Assembly: GCA_023898465.1 (NCBI GenBank) | Contig: CP060223.1 | Span: forward strand, 704,001 to 768,000 | Length of the DNA stretch: 64,000 nt | Direction: 5' to 3' | DNA from: Candidatus Nomurabacteria bacterium | Lineage (GTDB): Bacteria; Patescibacteriota; Patescibacteriia; HK-STAS-PATE-3 | In this document: piece after piece, positions 17,509-27,778 of the stretch | How positions within the stretch are numbered: position 1 is the first letter of the stretch | Layout of the letters: each line of letters begins with the position of its first letter | The notes under the pieces: model-generated | The model's database searches: none | What the model was told of the DNA's origin: nothing | Seen by the model: the letters and a program-made list of their open reading frames with translations, nothing else | Made by a program: the position numbers and the translations under genes

Positions 17509-20382
17509 CTACACCTTTAATACAAGCACATTTACTCCTTGCTCATCCAACTTCACTTCTTTCCCATTCTCTAGCTGATCAACTGCCTCCAGTTTCTCAG
17601 CCAGCACAGCAGACTTTAACTCATCAGCGTAACGATCAAATAAACCTCGCACAGTCCCATCCTCAGTGTGATACTGCACGCTGATTTTGTCAGTGCGGTC
17701 CAGACCCATCTTCTTCCGCTCGTCATTTATTTGTCGGGCCAGTTCGCGCACCCAACCAGCTTCCCGGAGCTCGTCTGTGATCGTGGTGTCCAGCGCCACC
17801 TGCAAACCATTATTATCCTTTTGCTTCCAGTCGTCGTCACTCGGTAAAGAGGATTTGTAAAGCACTTCGCGGACATTCACCTCATCTTGAATCAGCTCAG
17901 TAAACTCGGGTTGCAGTTGCTCACCTTTGACCACAACTTGACCCAAAGGCTGACGAACCTTTACTCCGGCTTCAGCCCGAAGCGCGTGAGCCGTCTCTAC
18001 AATCGCACGAACTTGCTGCATGGATTTCAAAACTGCCTCGTCAATGTCTGACTTTGTCTCAGGCCAACTTACCAAGTGCACGCTTTCCTCCGGCCCATCA
18101 ATGTCACTATAAAACGCGTCAGCTAACATAGGCGAGAAGGGCGCCAGTAAAACACAGACTCGCTCGAGTACAGTGTACAACATCGCCCGAGCAGCTTCTT
18201 TATCCGGACCATCTTCTCGGAAGCGATCCCGGCTCCGACGCACATACCACGTAGACAGCTCAGTAATAAAATCCGCGATGGCCCGACTGGCTGTAGTGAT
18301 ATCATAGGCTTCCAGTGAAGCAGTCACTTTCCCAGTCACTTGCTCCAAGTTAGCCATCACCCAACGGTCCAGCACATGCTGAGGCGACGCAGACGGTTCA
18401 GGCCGCTTGTCAGTATGCAGCGAATAAAAGGACACGACATTTGCGAAAATACGAAAGACTTTTTTCGACACTTCATCCGTCCCCTTCTTGTCATACAGTT
18501 TATAGTCTCCGGGTTGGTTCATGCTAAAGAATTGGAAACGGAGCACGTCCGCGCCAAACTCATCAATCACTTCCCACGGATCAACCACGTTCCCAATGTG
18601 CTTGGACATTTTCCGGCCTTTGGCATCAAGAATATGACTCAAGCAAATCACGTTCTTATACGGCGCTTCTTTGCCTAAAACCGTGGCCACAGCTAAGAGG
18701 GTATAAAACCAACCGCGAGTTTGATCTATGGCTTCGGAAATGTAATCAGCCGGATAGCTTACGCCTTCGTCAATGCGTTTTTTCCCGTCATCAGTGTGCG
18801 GATAATACCATTGGGCAAAAGGCATCGAGCCTGAGTCAAACCATACATCGCAAACATCTTGCACCCGGCGATATTCTTTCCCGTCTTTCACTAGCACCAC
18901 ATCGTCAACAAAAGGCCGATGCGGATCAAAATCATCACCAACTTGCTTCGGGTCTTTAGCGAGCTCGCGCAGTTCAGCAAATGAACCAATGCAGATCCGA
19001 TCACCATCTTCCGATTCCCAAATCGGCAACGGTGTGCCCCAATAACGTTCGCGAGAAAAAGCCCAGTCCTTTACTTCATTAAGCCACTCGCCCATTCGGC
19101 CTTCCTTAATATGCCCCGGCACCCAATTAATACTCTCGTTATTCTTTTTCAGTTCTTCGCGTAAGCTGGACATCCGTACAAACCAGGATGACTTCGCGTA
19201 ATAGAGCAAAGGGTTATGACAACGCCAGCAGTGCGGATACTCGTGTTCGTATTGCTCTTGCTGCAACAGCTGATTGTTTGATTGGAGATGCTCGAGAATC
19301 TTGTCCTCGGTTTCTTTAGCTTTGACATAGAGACCAGCTAAGTCCGGCACCTCGTCAGTGAAATGTCCGTCCGTGGTAACCGTATGATGCTTGGGCAGTC
19401 CGATTTCTGTGCCCAGGTTATAGTCATCTTCTCCGTACATGACTGCGGTGTGGACCACGCCAGTTCCATCTTCGGTGGTAACGAAGTTTGCCTCATATAT
19501 ATGATAGGCCTTGTCACTCTCAGTAAAGGTCTTAATTGAGAATAAGGGCTTATATGCTTTCCCAACTAAGTCAGACCCTTTCATGGTTTCCACCACTTCA
19601 GGTTGCTCATCAAAAATCTCTACGCGGTTTTTGGCTAAGATGTAATGCTCGTCTTGTACTTTTACTTTTACGTAGTCAATATCTGCACCAACTGCCAACG
19701 CTAAGTTACCAGGCAGCGTCCACGGTGTGGTGGTCCAAGCCAACACAAAAGTTCCTGGCTCATCTACTAACTCAAGCTTCATATACACCGATGTGTCTTT
19801 CACTGTCTCATAGCCTTGCGCAACTTCATGCGACGACAACGCAGTTCCACAGCGCGGACAGTGCGGCACAACTTTATGACCAGTGTAGAGTAATTCTTTT
19901 TCCCACATCTGCTGAATAATCCACCAAAGTGACTCGACATACTTTGGATCATAGGTAACGTAGGGATGTTCCAGGTCTAACCAAAAACCAATTCGTTGCG
20001 TCAGTCTCTCCCACTCCTCTTGGTATTTCCATACGCTTTTACGGCAGGCTTCATTGAACTTGGCAATTCCATAGGCCTCAATGTCTTTTTTGCTTTTCAG
20101 GCCTAAGTCTTTTTCTACCAGCAGCTCCACTGGCAGACCGTGTGTATCCCAACCAGCTTTCCGTTCCACGTAAAAACCCTGCATGGTTTTGAAACGCGGG
20201 ATAATATCTTTAAAAGCACGGGCCAGAATGTGATGAATGCCAGGTCGGCCATTCGCTGTGGGCGGGCCTTCGTAAAACACAAAACGCGGACCGTCTTTTG
20301 TCCGCTCTAAGGTTTTCTCAAACACTTTGTCTTTGGCCCAGCGTTCGAGGACTGCTTGTTCGCGTTCGGGAAAGGATTGCAT
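17509..20382 (-). CDS. ileS: isoleucine--tRNA ligase
   Basis: Class I aaRS HIGH-like PTANGRPGIHH, KMSKS (KMSKHIGN), editing domain; 957 aa. Confidence 0.9.
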   Translation of the reverse strand: MQSFPEREQAVLERWAKDKVFEKTLERTKDGPRFVFYEGPPTANGRPGIHHILARAFKDIIPRFKTMQGFYVERKAGWDTHGLPVELLVEKDLGLKSKKDIEAYGIAKFNEACRKSVWKYQEEWERLTQRIGFWLDLEHPYVTYDPKYVESLWWIIQQMWEKELLYTGHKVVPHCPRCGTALSSHEVAQGYETVKDTSVYMKLELVDEPGTFVLAWTTTPWTLPGNLALAVGADIDYVKVKVQDEHYILAKNRVEIFDEQPEVVETMKGSDLVGKAYKPLFSIKTFTESDKAYHIYEANFVTTEDGTGVVHTAVMYGEDDYNLGTEIGLPKHHTVTTDGHFTDEVPDLAGLYVKAKETEDKILEHLQSNNQLLQQEQYEHEYPHCWRCHNPLLYYAKSSWFVRMSSLREELKKNNESINWVPGHIKEGRMGEWLNEVKDWAFSRERYWGTPLPIWESEDGDRICIGSFAELRELAKDPKQVGDDFDPHRPFVDDVVLVKDGKEYRRVQDVCDVWFDSGSMPFAQWYYPHTDDGKKRIDEGVSYPADYISEAIDQTRGWFYTLLAVATVLGKEAPYKNVICLSHILDAKGRKMSKHIGNVVDPWEVIDEFGADVLRFQFFSMNQPGDYKLYDKKGTDEVSKKVFRIFANVVSFYSLHTDKRPEPSASPQHVLDRWVMANLEQVTGKVTASLEAYDITTASRAIADFITELSTWYVRRSRDRFREDGPDKEAARAMLYTVLERVCVLLAPFSPMLADAFYSDIDGPEESVHLVSWPETKSDIDEAVLKSMQQVRAIVETAHALRAEAGVKVRQPLGQVVVKGEQLQPEFTELIQDEVNVREVLYKSSLPSDDDWKQKDNNGLQVALDTTITDELREAGWVRELARQINDERKKMGLDRTDKISVQYHTEDGTVRGLFDRYADELKSAVLAEKLEAVDQLENGKEVKLDEQGVNVLVLKV

Positions 20383-20534
20383 GTCAGGAATTCAATTCAG
20401 TACGCCTACTATAGAAGATTCAGGCCGGCTTCGCAAGGCCTAAGCATTGACAAAAAGCCCAAATTGACATACATTGCCTTGTTCATTTTCGCACCTTCCA
20501 TCCTAAGGCTCTCGAGTAGAAAGGAAGCGAACTC

Positions 20535-21047
20535 GTGACAGATGCACCTCATCCCCATTCAGAATCCCCAGATGATCCTCACTTCTGGATCAAGTTCTAC
20601 CCCCACCTCTCAGGCGCAGTCCAGTCTGTCTTGGAGCGAGTCTACCAACTCGGTCTGCCGCAACACCCAGGCATCATCCACGTTCTGTTCGTACACCGTG
20701 GTCAAGACCAGCCTCAGATCACCACGTTTCCAGGGCGGCGCCAAATCGATCTTCGGGTCGGCATGACCCTTCCGCCTTGTCGGGACGCTTTGAAGTCCGA
20801 CCCAGACAGGAAGTGGGCTACCAACATGTGGGACGGCGACCCCGAAGGCAAAATCGGTGCCGCAGCTCTCCGCATCACTCCGGCTGGCCACATCCTCGGT
20901 ATCGTAGGCGAGCATCTGATTCTTGAACACGCGCTGGCCATTCTCTACCTGGCGCTGGCTCGCAGCGGCTTGATCAGCGCTGACGAACTGACCAAGCTCG
21001 AAGTCGACGGCAACCTTACCTACATGGTCTTGCGCGCTCGTGACTAG
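20535..21047 (+). CDS. hypothetical protein (170 aa), paralog A
   Basis: High-GC ORF; C-terminal ILGIVGEH..LAILYLALARSGLISADE aligns with IIGCIGKN..LTVLLTGMKNAGIIDAE of the next gene. Confidence 0.5.
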   Translation: MTDAPHPHSESPDDPHFWIKFYPHLSGAVQSVLERVYQLGLPQHPGIIHVLFVHRGQDQPQITTFPGRRQIDLRVGMTLPPCRDALKSDPDRKWATNMWDGDPEGKIGAAALRITPAGHILGIVGEHLILEHALAILYLALARSGLISADELTKLEVDGNLTYMVLRARD

Positions 21048-21065
21048 CACAAATCCTCCCAACAA

Positions 21066-21096
21066 GACTCCTCATGCCCTGGGGAGTCTTTCTTTA
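21066..21096 (+). terminator. rho-independent terminator after paralog A
   Basis: GACTCC..GGAGTC stem then TTTCTTTAT. Confidence 0.5.
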
Positions 21097-21212
21097 TCCT
21101 CGACGGACTTCGTATATGTAATAAATTGACACCTGCACTACAAGCGCTATACTGCGACCACACTTTTTGCACCTTCCTACAAACCGCGCCTGAAGAAACC
21201 AAGGAGTACCGG

Positions 21213-21719
21213 ATGAAATCTGAAGGAAGCGCTGGTCTTTGGCGGCAACTTACTCCGGAGCTGCACAAGGCTATCGCGAGTATTCACATCTATGCTGAGG
21301 ATCGTGATAGCAGCGGACCTAAGCCTGAAGCATGCCTTCTTGGACTGTCCATAGATGGCACCGTAGTGTACGCTCATGCCTGGCCACCCCGTGGTCCCAT
21401 CTCGCCGAACATGACTACGCACCTCAATACTCTGTGCGCCGTCCTGGCAAGGCGTCGCAGTAAAGGTTTCGCAATCGAAGCGGTTGACGACCGCATCGAT
21501 GCCTACACCGTGGCCGCTGCAGTGCGCATCGCTGGCACCAGCATGATCATCGGCTGCATCGGCAAGAACTTCTATCCCGAGGGTGGGCTGACTGTCCTCC
21601 TCACCGGAATGAAGAACGCGGGGATCATCGATGCGGAGACAGCAAGTCAAATCGCCACACAAGCGAAGTGCCGCTGGTACTACGAGATCAACGAGCTTCC
21701 AATCCCGCGAAGGATATAG
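21213..21719 (+). CDS. hypothetical protein (168 aa), paralog B
   Basis: Start MKSEGS has AAGGAG 6 nt upstream; distant paralog of 20535..21047. Confidence 0.5.
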   Translation: MKSEGSAGLWRQLTPELHKAIASIHIYAEDRDSSGPKPEACLLGLSIDGTVVYAHAWPPRGPISPNMTTHLNTLCAVLARRRSKGFAIEAVDDRIDAYTVAAAVRIAGTSMIIGCIGKNFYPEGGLTVLLTGMKNAGIIDAETASQIATQAKCRWYYEINELPIPRRI

Positions 21720-21728
21720 GAAGCACCT

Positions 21729-21765
21729 AAAGACTCCTCAACTCTGAGGGGTCTTTCTCTTTATT
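21729..21765 (+). terminator. rho-independent terminator after paralog B (sequence-related to the previous terminator)
   Basis: AAAGACTCCTCA..TGAGGGGTCTTT stem then CTCTTTATT. Confidence 0.5.
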
Positions 21766-22900
21766 GCGCTCGGCGAATTTTTTCGTACACTGCAATTGTT
21801 CGCAGAGCTACTTTATCCCAACTGAAACGTCGCGCTTGCTCTAAACCTTGCTGACTTAAACGCTGGCGCAGATTATCGTCAAAGGCGAGTCGAGCTAAGC
21901 CATTGGCGATTGCATTCACTTCCTCGGGATCAACCAGATAGGCTGCCCCGCCGGTGATTTCTGGAAGCGAGGAAATATCGCTGGTCAAAACTGGAGTCCC
22001 CAACGCCATGGCCTCGATGACTGGCAAACCAAAACCTTCATAGAGTGAAGGAAACACAAAGGCTCGCGCGTGACGAATGAGCTCCAGTTTTTCATTCTTA
22101 CTAATGTAGCCAAGGTAATGCACATTGTCCTGAATTCCCTCTTGCTCGAGCGCGGCAAACACCTCGGCCGACTGCCAACCCTTTTTCCCAGCTAAGACAA
22201 GTGGAATGTTATGGAAGCGCACATCTTGGCGAAGGGCTTGTGCATAGGCACGAATGAGACGCGGCAAATTTTTTCGTGGCTCTAGGGTACCGACAAAGCA
22301 GAGGTAGTCGTCAGGCAGATTGAAACGTTCACGCGGATCAGGTTGTGGCTCCCCCGGATTAGGTCGGACATCAACTCCTTCATAAATGACACTGATCTTT
22401 TCACTTGGGACTTTAAAGAGCTCACGGAGATCCTCAGCCGTGCTCTCTGATACCGCAATAATTCGCTCAGCTCGAGTCAGTGATTTGGGAACCAGCAGCT
22501 TGGTAGAAAAAATTTGCCGCGGAAACCACGAGGGGTTTTTGTAAATCGCTAAGTCGTGAATAGTCACTACAGCTGGGCCGGTATACCCGAGTGGAATAAT
22601 ATTAGCCGGTGCGTGAAAAAGATCTAGGCGCTCCGTTTGCATTGCCCGAGCAGTTAAAACATGTGAATACGCAAAAGGCAAATAGCGACGACGCTCGGAA
22701 AATGGAAAATACTTTGGGGTCGCATTGTCGCGCCGGAAAGGACGTAAATCCTTCATGCTGGAGTCAAAAAACAGGACATACTCGTTCCGCTTGTCCTGCT
22801 GCAGCAAGTTCTTAATCAAAAAATAGGTGTAGTGGCCTACCCCGGCACCCTCGCCAACGCTTGGGTTAAGGATTGTGCGGCAGTCAATTCCGATGCGCAT
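21761..22900 (-). CDS. GT4 (GT-B fold) glycosyltransferase
   Basis: C-terminal EX7E-like region FVFPSLYEGFGLPVIEAMALGTPVLTSD. Confidence 0.8.
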   Translation of the reverse strand: MRIGIDCRTILNPSVGEGAGVGHYTYFLIKNLLQQDKRNEYVLFFDSSMKDLRPFRRDNATPKYFPFSERRRYLPFAYSHVLTARAMQTERLDLFHAPANIIPLGYTGPAVVTIHDLAIYKNPSWFPRQIFSTKLLVPKSLTRAERIIAVSESTAEDLRELFKVPSEKISVIYEGVDVRPNPGEPQPDPRERFNLPDDYLCFVGTLEPRKNLPRLIRAYAQALRQDVRFHNIPLVLAGKKGWQSAEVFAALEQEGIQDNVHYLGYISKNEKLELIRHARAFVFPSLYEGFGLPVIEAMALGTPVLTSDISSLPEITGGAAYLVDPEEVNAIANGLARLAFDDNLRQRLSQQGLEQARRFSWDKVALRTIAVYEKIRRAQ

Positions 22901-22919
22901 AAATGCGGGTCCTCCGTTC

Positions 22920-24584
22920 TCATGATGCCTGCTCCTCTGTTCGTTCCATTTTCTCTGGTGCGTGAATTCCCATAAGTGCTAATGTCTTTTGTAGCACAAG
23001 CTTGGACGCCTGGCAAAGTTCATACGCTGGCAAAGAAACCTGCTCGTTATCAATCACGCGCACTTTGGTATAAAAATTGTGAAAAGCCGTAGCTAAAGAC
23101 ATGGCGTATTGCGGCAACTCATGCACGCTGGAGCGACGTGCTACCTGCGCCACCAGCTCGGGGAAACGGAGTAACTGCTTTACTAATTCATCGGCGCTTG
23201 GCTCTTGTAAGGCAGCCTTGGTGGTCTTCCCTTTTTTGACCAGCGGATCAGCCTTACGCAAAATGCTGGCAATGCGAGCATGCGCATACTGCACATAGTA
23301 CACGGGGTTCTTGTCGGACTGCTCGCGGGCCAGATTCAAATCAAAATCCATATGCGTATTCATGCCTGACATGAGGAAGAAGAAGCGCGCCGCATCAATG
23401 CCCACATCCTTAATCAATTCATCAATGGTGACAAAGGTGCCACTGCGCTTGGACATGCGCACCTCTTTACCATCTTCCATTAGGCGAACGAGCTGGAAAA
23501 TGTGAATAGTCAGACGCCCTTCCCAACCCAAGGCCCGCATCGCTGCTTGCATGCGTCCTACATACCCATGATGATCAGCACCCAGGAGGAGTATGGCGCG
23601 CGGGTAACGTCGTACCGCAAACTTATCAAAGAGATAGGCCAGGTCAGACAGGAAGTAAGTTTTTTCGCCATCACTCTTCTTAATTGCTCTATCTTTATCA
23701 TCGCCAAAAGCTGTGGTGCGCATCCACAGCGCGCCATCTTTTTCATACAGCAGTTCGCGCGCTTCCAGCATGCGTAGGACCCGGTCAGTTAATTTCTTTG
23801 TGTGCAATTCTGACTCAAAAAAGAAATTATCAAAATCAATGCGCATCACTTTACTCAGTGTCTGCTTAATCTGCTTCATCATGGCGCGCAAAGCCTGACC
23901 GCGTAGTTTTTTCTTTGCTCGGTCAATGTACTGAATCTGCACGCCAGAAAAATCCAGCGTCTTGGCTAATTCCTTCACATACTCACCCTGGTAGCAGGTG
24001 TCAGGATACGGGACCGGGATACCCTGCTCCTGGAAGTAACGGCGAATGATTGATTCAGCTAAAGTATCAACCTGCTTCCCAATGTCATTTACATAGTACT
24101 CTCGATACACACGATAGCCGGCCATCTCCAACACATTTCCCAAGGTGTCGCCTGTAAAACCTCCACGGCCGTTTCCTAAATGCAGCGGACCAGTCGGGTT
24201 AGCTGAAATAAACTCCAAATGCACGCGCTCACCTTGTCCCACTTCGAGGTGTCCATAGTGATTGCCGCTAAGGAGAATGCGCTTCGCTTGCTTCCGGAGC
24301 CAGTCTGTCTTCAGGTAGATATTAATGAAGCCCGGCGGCACCACATCAAGCTTGCCCACTGAGGCAAGTGGAATACCCGGAGCAATAATCTTCTGTGCAA
24401 TATCAACTGGTGCCATTTTTAAGCGAGCAGCCAATTGCATTGCAATGTTGCTGGAAAAATCGCCGTGTCGTGCATCTGCTGGCGGCTCAATCAGCACCTC
24501 GGGCAAATCGCCTTCTAATTCGGGCCAAACAGTCAAAATATTCTTGACCAGGCGCTTCCGTATCTGATCACTCAGTAATAACAT
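22920..24584 (-). CDS. argS: arginine--tRNA ligase
   Basis: FISANPTGPLHLGNGRGG HIGH-region, DALR anticodon-binding domain at C-terminus; start taken at MLLLSDQ. Confidence 0.9.
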   Translation of the reverse strand: MLLLSDQIRKRLVKNILTVWPELEGDLPEVLIEPPADARHGDFSSNIAMQLAARLKMAPVDIAQKIIAPGIPLASVGKLDVVPPGFINIYLKTDWLRKQAKRILLSGNHYGHLEVGQGERVHLEFISANPTGPLHLGNGRGGFTGDTLGNVLEMAGYRVYREYYVNDIGKQVDTLAESIIRRYFQEQGIPVPYPDTCYQGEYVKELAKTLDFSGVQIQYIDRAKKKLRGQALRAMMKQIKQTLSKVMRIDFDNFFFESELHTKKLTDRVLRMLEARELLYEKDGALWMRTTAFGDDKDRAIKKSDGEKTYFLSDLAYLFDKFAVRRYPRAILLLGADHHGYVGRMQAAMRALGWEGRLTIHIFQLVRLMEDGKEVRMSKRSGTFVTIDELIKDVGIDAARFFFLMSGMNTHMDFDLNLAREQSDKNPVYYVQYAHARIASILRKADPLVKKGKTTKAALQEPSADELVKQLLRFPELVAQVARRSSVHELPQYAMSLATAFHNFYTKVRVIDNEQVSLPAYELCQASKLVLQKTLALMGIHAPEKMERTEEQAS

Positions 24585-24760
24585 AGTGTTTCTAGTATAT
24601 AGAGAAAAGTCGCTCGGTGGAAGATGTGGGAAAAGAAAAAGCAGCTCTCGCATACACGAAAGCTGCTTGTAGTTGACGCCGGACGAGCAAATGCTAGTCT
24701 GGCCTTGGGGAAGCAGGAAGACCTAGGGCCGCAAAACCATTGGTCTCCTCCTTCTCTTTG

Positions 24761-26041
24761 CTACGAAGTAATCACTGCACCAAGCTGCAGACAATCGGTC
24801 GCACCATGCACGCTGCGATCCTGCCGAGCCGTCACCACAATGTCGGCAACTTCACGACCAGCAAAATGCACTGTCACCCGGGTGAACCACTCAGCACTCT
24901 GGCAAGCACCCGTGTCAGTGAAGTACTCAAAGCGCCGTGCACGATTCTGCACTTCTCGCTGCAACACCGCCCGACCCCGCGCCTTGACCGCCTTTGCCAA
25001 AGCTGCCGAGAAACGCGCATCACTGCTGAAGATGGTTCCTTTCATGCCGCTGGAAATTGACTCCTTCAGCACGAAATTCCCATCAGCACACAAGGCCTGC
25101 CAATACTCCGGTCGCTTGCTTTTGTCGACCAAGTAGGTCGGCGGGATGAAAGCGCGGATGCACTGGAGCGCTTCCGAGGAAATGAAAGCATGCAACATTG
25201 CCTCAAGCTGAGGATCAGCTTCATCATTCCGCAAGATGGCCATGACCGCCTTTGAGCCCAGGAAGGGCTTTGGTGGGAAAAGGAAGTCGAGGCGTCCACA
25301 CTCATACCCTTCACACAAAACCTGATTGAGCGCTTGGTTTTTGTACATGAAGGGAAAATCGAGTAAGGGTGCCAGCGACAAAGCATCGAGCAAGTGCGAT
25401 GTGTCGCCCGTACAGACAGCATCCAACTCGCTCATGAGCTGAAGATCGATACCAAGTCCCTTCAATTCATCCTGCAGGATGAGGAACTCCGGCCGATAGA
25501 AACGCTCTTGGTCTGCATAGAGTAAGATGGCCTGGTTCGTGCCCTTCGCCCGGATTGCTTCAGCCACTTTGACTGCCGCGCCCGGGAAACTCGCGTGGCC
25601 ATTCTGTGAAAGACGTCGTGTACGGGCTGCCAAGGTTGAGTAGCCGAGTCCATGTTTGTTGTGACCATCGATCTCAGCTATCCAGAGTCGCCCACTCGGA
25701 TCTTCCATGAAATCCACCTTGCACACTGCTGGTACTCGACCAGGCTCGCGCAGTTGAATCTCGTGATAGGCCGGCGGCACCCCGGTCTGTGACACACGCT
25801 TCAACATCCCCCAAGTTTTACCATGCACCAACTTGGGTTGTGCCGATGTCGCGACCATGCGCCCGATCCCAGACATACAGTCATACAGAGCCGGCGCCAA
25901 GGCTCGCAGATCTTCGGCCTGTTGAGCAGTCAACTCCAGCACACTGGGCGACAACACGAAACCATGCTGCCGACGAGACCCGTTCGTCCAGATACCAGAA
26001 GCTTCTACTACCTCCAGCACCTCTTGATACGATGGAGACAT
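24761..26041 (-). CDS. hypothetical enzyme, possibly a (circularly permuted) ATP-grasp-like ligase
   Basis: Start MSPSYQEV has AGGAGG upstream; FVLKESISSGMKGTIF resembles the ATP-grasp K-x-GS-G-x-G strand and an E-x-D/N-like motif (WIAEIDGHNKHG) lies N-terminal to it, i.e. reverse of the canonical order; fold assignment is weak. Confidence 0.4.
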   Translation of the reverse strand: MSPSYQEVLEVVEASGIWTNGSRRQHGFVLSPSVLELTAQQAEDLRALAPALYDCMSGIGRMVATSAQPKLVHGKTWGMLKRVSQTGVPPAYHEIQLREPGRVPAVCKVDFMEDPSGRLWIAEIDGHNKHGLGYSTLAARTRRLSQNGHASFPGAAVKVAEAIRAKGTNQAILLYADQERFYRPEFLILQDELKGLGIDLQLMSELDAVCTGDTSHLLDALSLAPLLDFPFMYKNQALNQVLCEGYECGRLDFLFPPKPFLGSKAVMAILRNDEADPQLEAMLHAFISSEALQCIRAFIPPTYLVDKSKRPEYWQALCADGNFVLKESISSGMKGTIFSSDARFSAALAKAVKARGRAVLQREVQNRARRFEYFTDTGACQSAEWFTRVTVHFAGREVADIVVTARQDRSVHGATDCLQLGAVITS

Positions 26042-26081
26042 CTTCTCCTCCTTTGCTTCGTAGCGAATTGTGAATGAACAC

Positions 26082-26516
26082 CTAGGGCAGAATTTCGAGT
26101 ATGTCCTGCAACCTAGAGACAGTGAAGGTGGGTTGTTCTTCGGCACTACGAGGAAGTTCAGAGGCGAACTTTCCTTGTCGCACCCACACTGTCTGCAGAC
26201 CGAGACGATTTCCTAGCGCGATTTCTTTGCGCACCCGATCACCAATCACGAAACTATTTCCTATGGCACACCCTTTCACGATGCGCTGAAGCTCGCGTTG
26301 ACTCTTCCTCCGCGAAACAACTATTTCTGAGAAAAAGGAAGCCAAACCCAGTGAACGAATAAGCTCAGTCCGAGTCGGGATAGCTCGACTGAAAAGCGCT
26401 AAAGTATAGCGACGCTGTAGTCTTGCAAGTACTTCAAGGGCACCAGGCACCAAGGCGCCTTGCGCGGGATCGTACAAAGTACGATTGAAATCAAAAACGA
26501 TAACGTGTTGAGACAT
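26082..26516 (-). CDS. HAD-like hydrolase
   Basis: N-terminal hhhhDxx motif (VIVFDFNRT) and C-terminal GDRxxKE motif; 144 aa. Confidence 0.5.
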   Translation of the reverse strand: MSQHVIVFDFNRTLYDPAQGALVPGALEVLARLQRRYTLALFSRAIPTRTELIRSLGLASFFSEIVVSRRKSQRELQRIVKGCAIGNSFVIGDRVRKEIALGNRLGLQTVWVRQGKFASELPRSAEEQPTFTVSRLQDILEILP

Positions 26517-26718
26517 ACAAAAACACCGACCCTCGCGGGTCAGCTGTGATGAACGTTACTTGAGTAAAAAACTACTTACACGTCAACAGCAACTGTGCCG
26601 CGAGGCCAGCTTTGCTAAACCAGAAATAATGGTTGTGCTGTTGAAGATTGTTCATTGCTGCCTAGTCTAACTGAGTAAATGGTCCTGTCAAGCCCTAAAG
26701 GAAAAGACGGCTCACTGC

Positions 26719-27162
26719 TTAGGCAGAAAGCCGTCGTTTGAAATCACTACGCCACTGATCCACTCGCCAGGTCCACTGCAAGTAAGGACCAAAGAGAAAG
26801 TAGCTCAGACGCTCAGTCACCAACCACGGCCCCCAATAGCAGAGCACATGGAGTGGGTGTGCATAGATTGCATAGCGCCGTAGAGTCTTCACGGCCCCCT
26901 CATCAAGCCAAAGCAAGATCCAAAGCGCTATCCAGCAAGGAAGAAAGAGATAGAAACAGCAAACTGTTTTCCACTCTATCAAGCCCTGAGCAACTTCAGC
27001 GAAGCTTTGCTTCTTCCCGGTGAGGAGATCAAGTAGCATTCCAAGCATCACCAACCACATCATCAGCGCGAGACTACCAAGGTACGCCCAAGCAAAGGGC
27101 TGACATCGTCTCATGCGACGTCGCCAGAGCAATGAGCGGATGCTCACCACTTTTCCAGACAT
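26719..27162 (-). CDS. Trp-rich membrane protein, hypothetical
   Basis: Multiple TM segments; terminator hairpin GACGGCT..AGCCGTC overlaps the stop. Confidence 0.4.
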   Translation of the reverse strand: MSGKVVSIRSLLWRRRMRRCQPFAWAYLGSLALMMWLVMLGMLLDLLTGKKQSFAEVAQGLIEWKTVCCFYLFLPCWIALWILLWLDEGAVKTLRRYAIYAHPLHVLCYWGPWLVTERLSYFLFGPYLQWTWRVDQWRSDFKRRLSA

Positions 27163-27283
27163 CTACCCTCCTTGCTATCGACATCAAATGAAAGAACAAG
27201 CTAGACTCTATTTTTCATTCTCTTGTCGTTATCGTCAATCCCTCTTTTCATTTTTGCCGACTCATGGCTATACTGACCTCGCT

Positions 27284-27730
27284 ATGCCAACACTCGCCGT
27301 CAACAAATCTGTGGGCTTCAGCTTCGAAATTCAAGAGAAATTCGAGGCTGGTATTGCATTGTCTGGCCCAGAGGTAAAGGCGGCCAAGCAAGGCAACATC
27401 AGCTTGAAAGGAAGCTACATCACTATCCGGCCTGATGGCGCTTGGCTCATTGGCTGCTATATCTCCCCTTATAAGCCGGCGCAAGCTACCCAGCAAGGCT
27501 ATACCCCGACCCGAGATCGCCACCTCTTACTCCGTCAGAGCGAACTCAGCCGATTAGTGGGTGCTGCCAGCGCAAAAGGCTTGACAGTACTGCCTATTTC
27601 CTTTTATACTAAAGGAGGCTTGATAAAGGTTGAAGTCGCTATTGCTAAAGGCAAAAAAAAGGCAGACAAGCGGGAAAGCATTAAAAAACGTGATATTGAG
27701 CGGCGCATCCGCCAATCAGTCCATCACTAA
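27284..27730 (+). CDS. smpB: SsrA-binding protein SmpB
   Basis: Aligns along its length with SmpB (FEAGIALSGPEVKAAKQGNISLKGSYI...KGKKKADKRE); TATACT box 10 nt upstream of ATG. Confidence 0.85.
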   Translation: MPTLAVNKSVGFSFEIQEKFEAGIALSGPEVKAAKQGNISLKGSYITIRPDGAWLIGCYISPYKPAQATQQGYTPTRDRHLLLRQSELSRLVGAASAKGLTVLPISFYTKGGLIKVEVAIAKGKKKADKRESIKKRDIERRIRQSVHH

Positions 27731-27778
27731 ACTTTGAGCCTTCACCCAGTCGACTGGAGCGTGTTTCCAACTGACCGG

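Noticed and set aside
17150-17578. 142-aa plus-strand ORF and 104-aa minus-strand ORF in the 17.2-17.5 kb islet
   Set aside because: Neither has a ribosome-binding site. The 50-aa ORF with a perfect SD and downstream terminators explains the region better.
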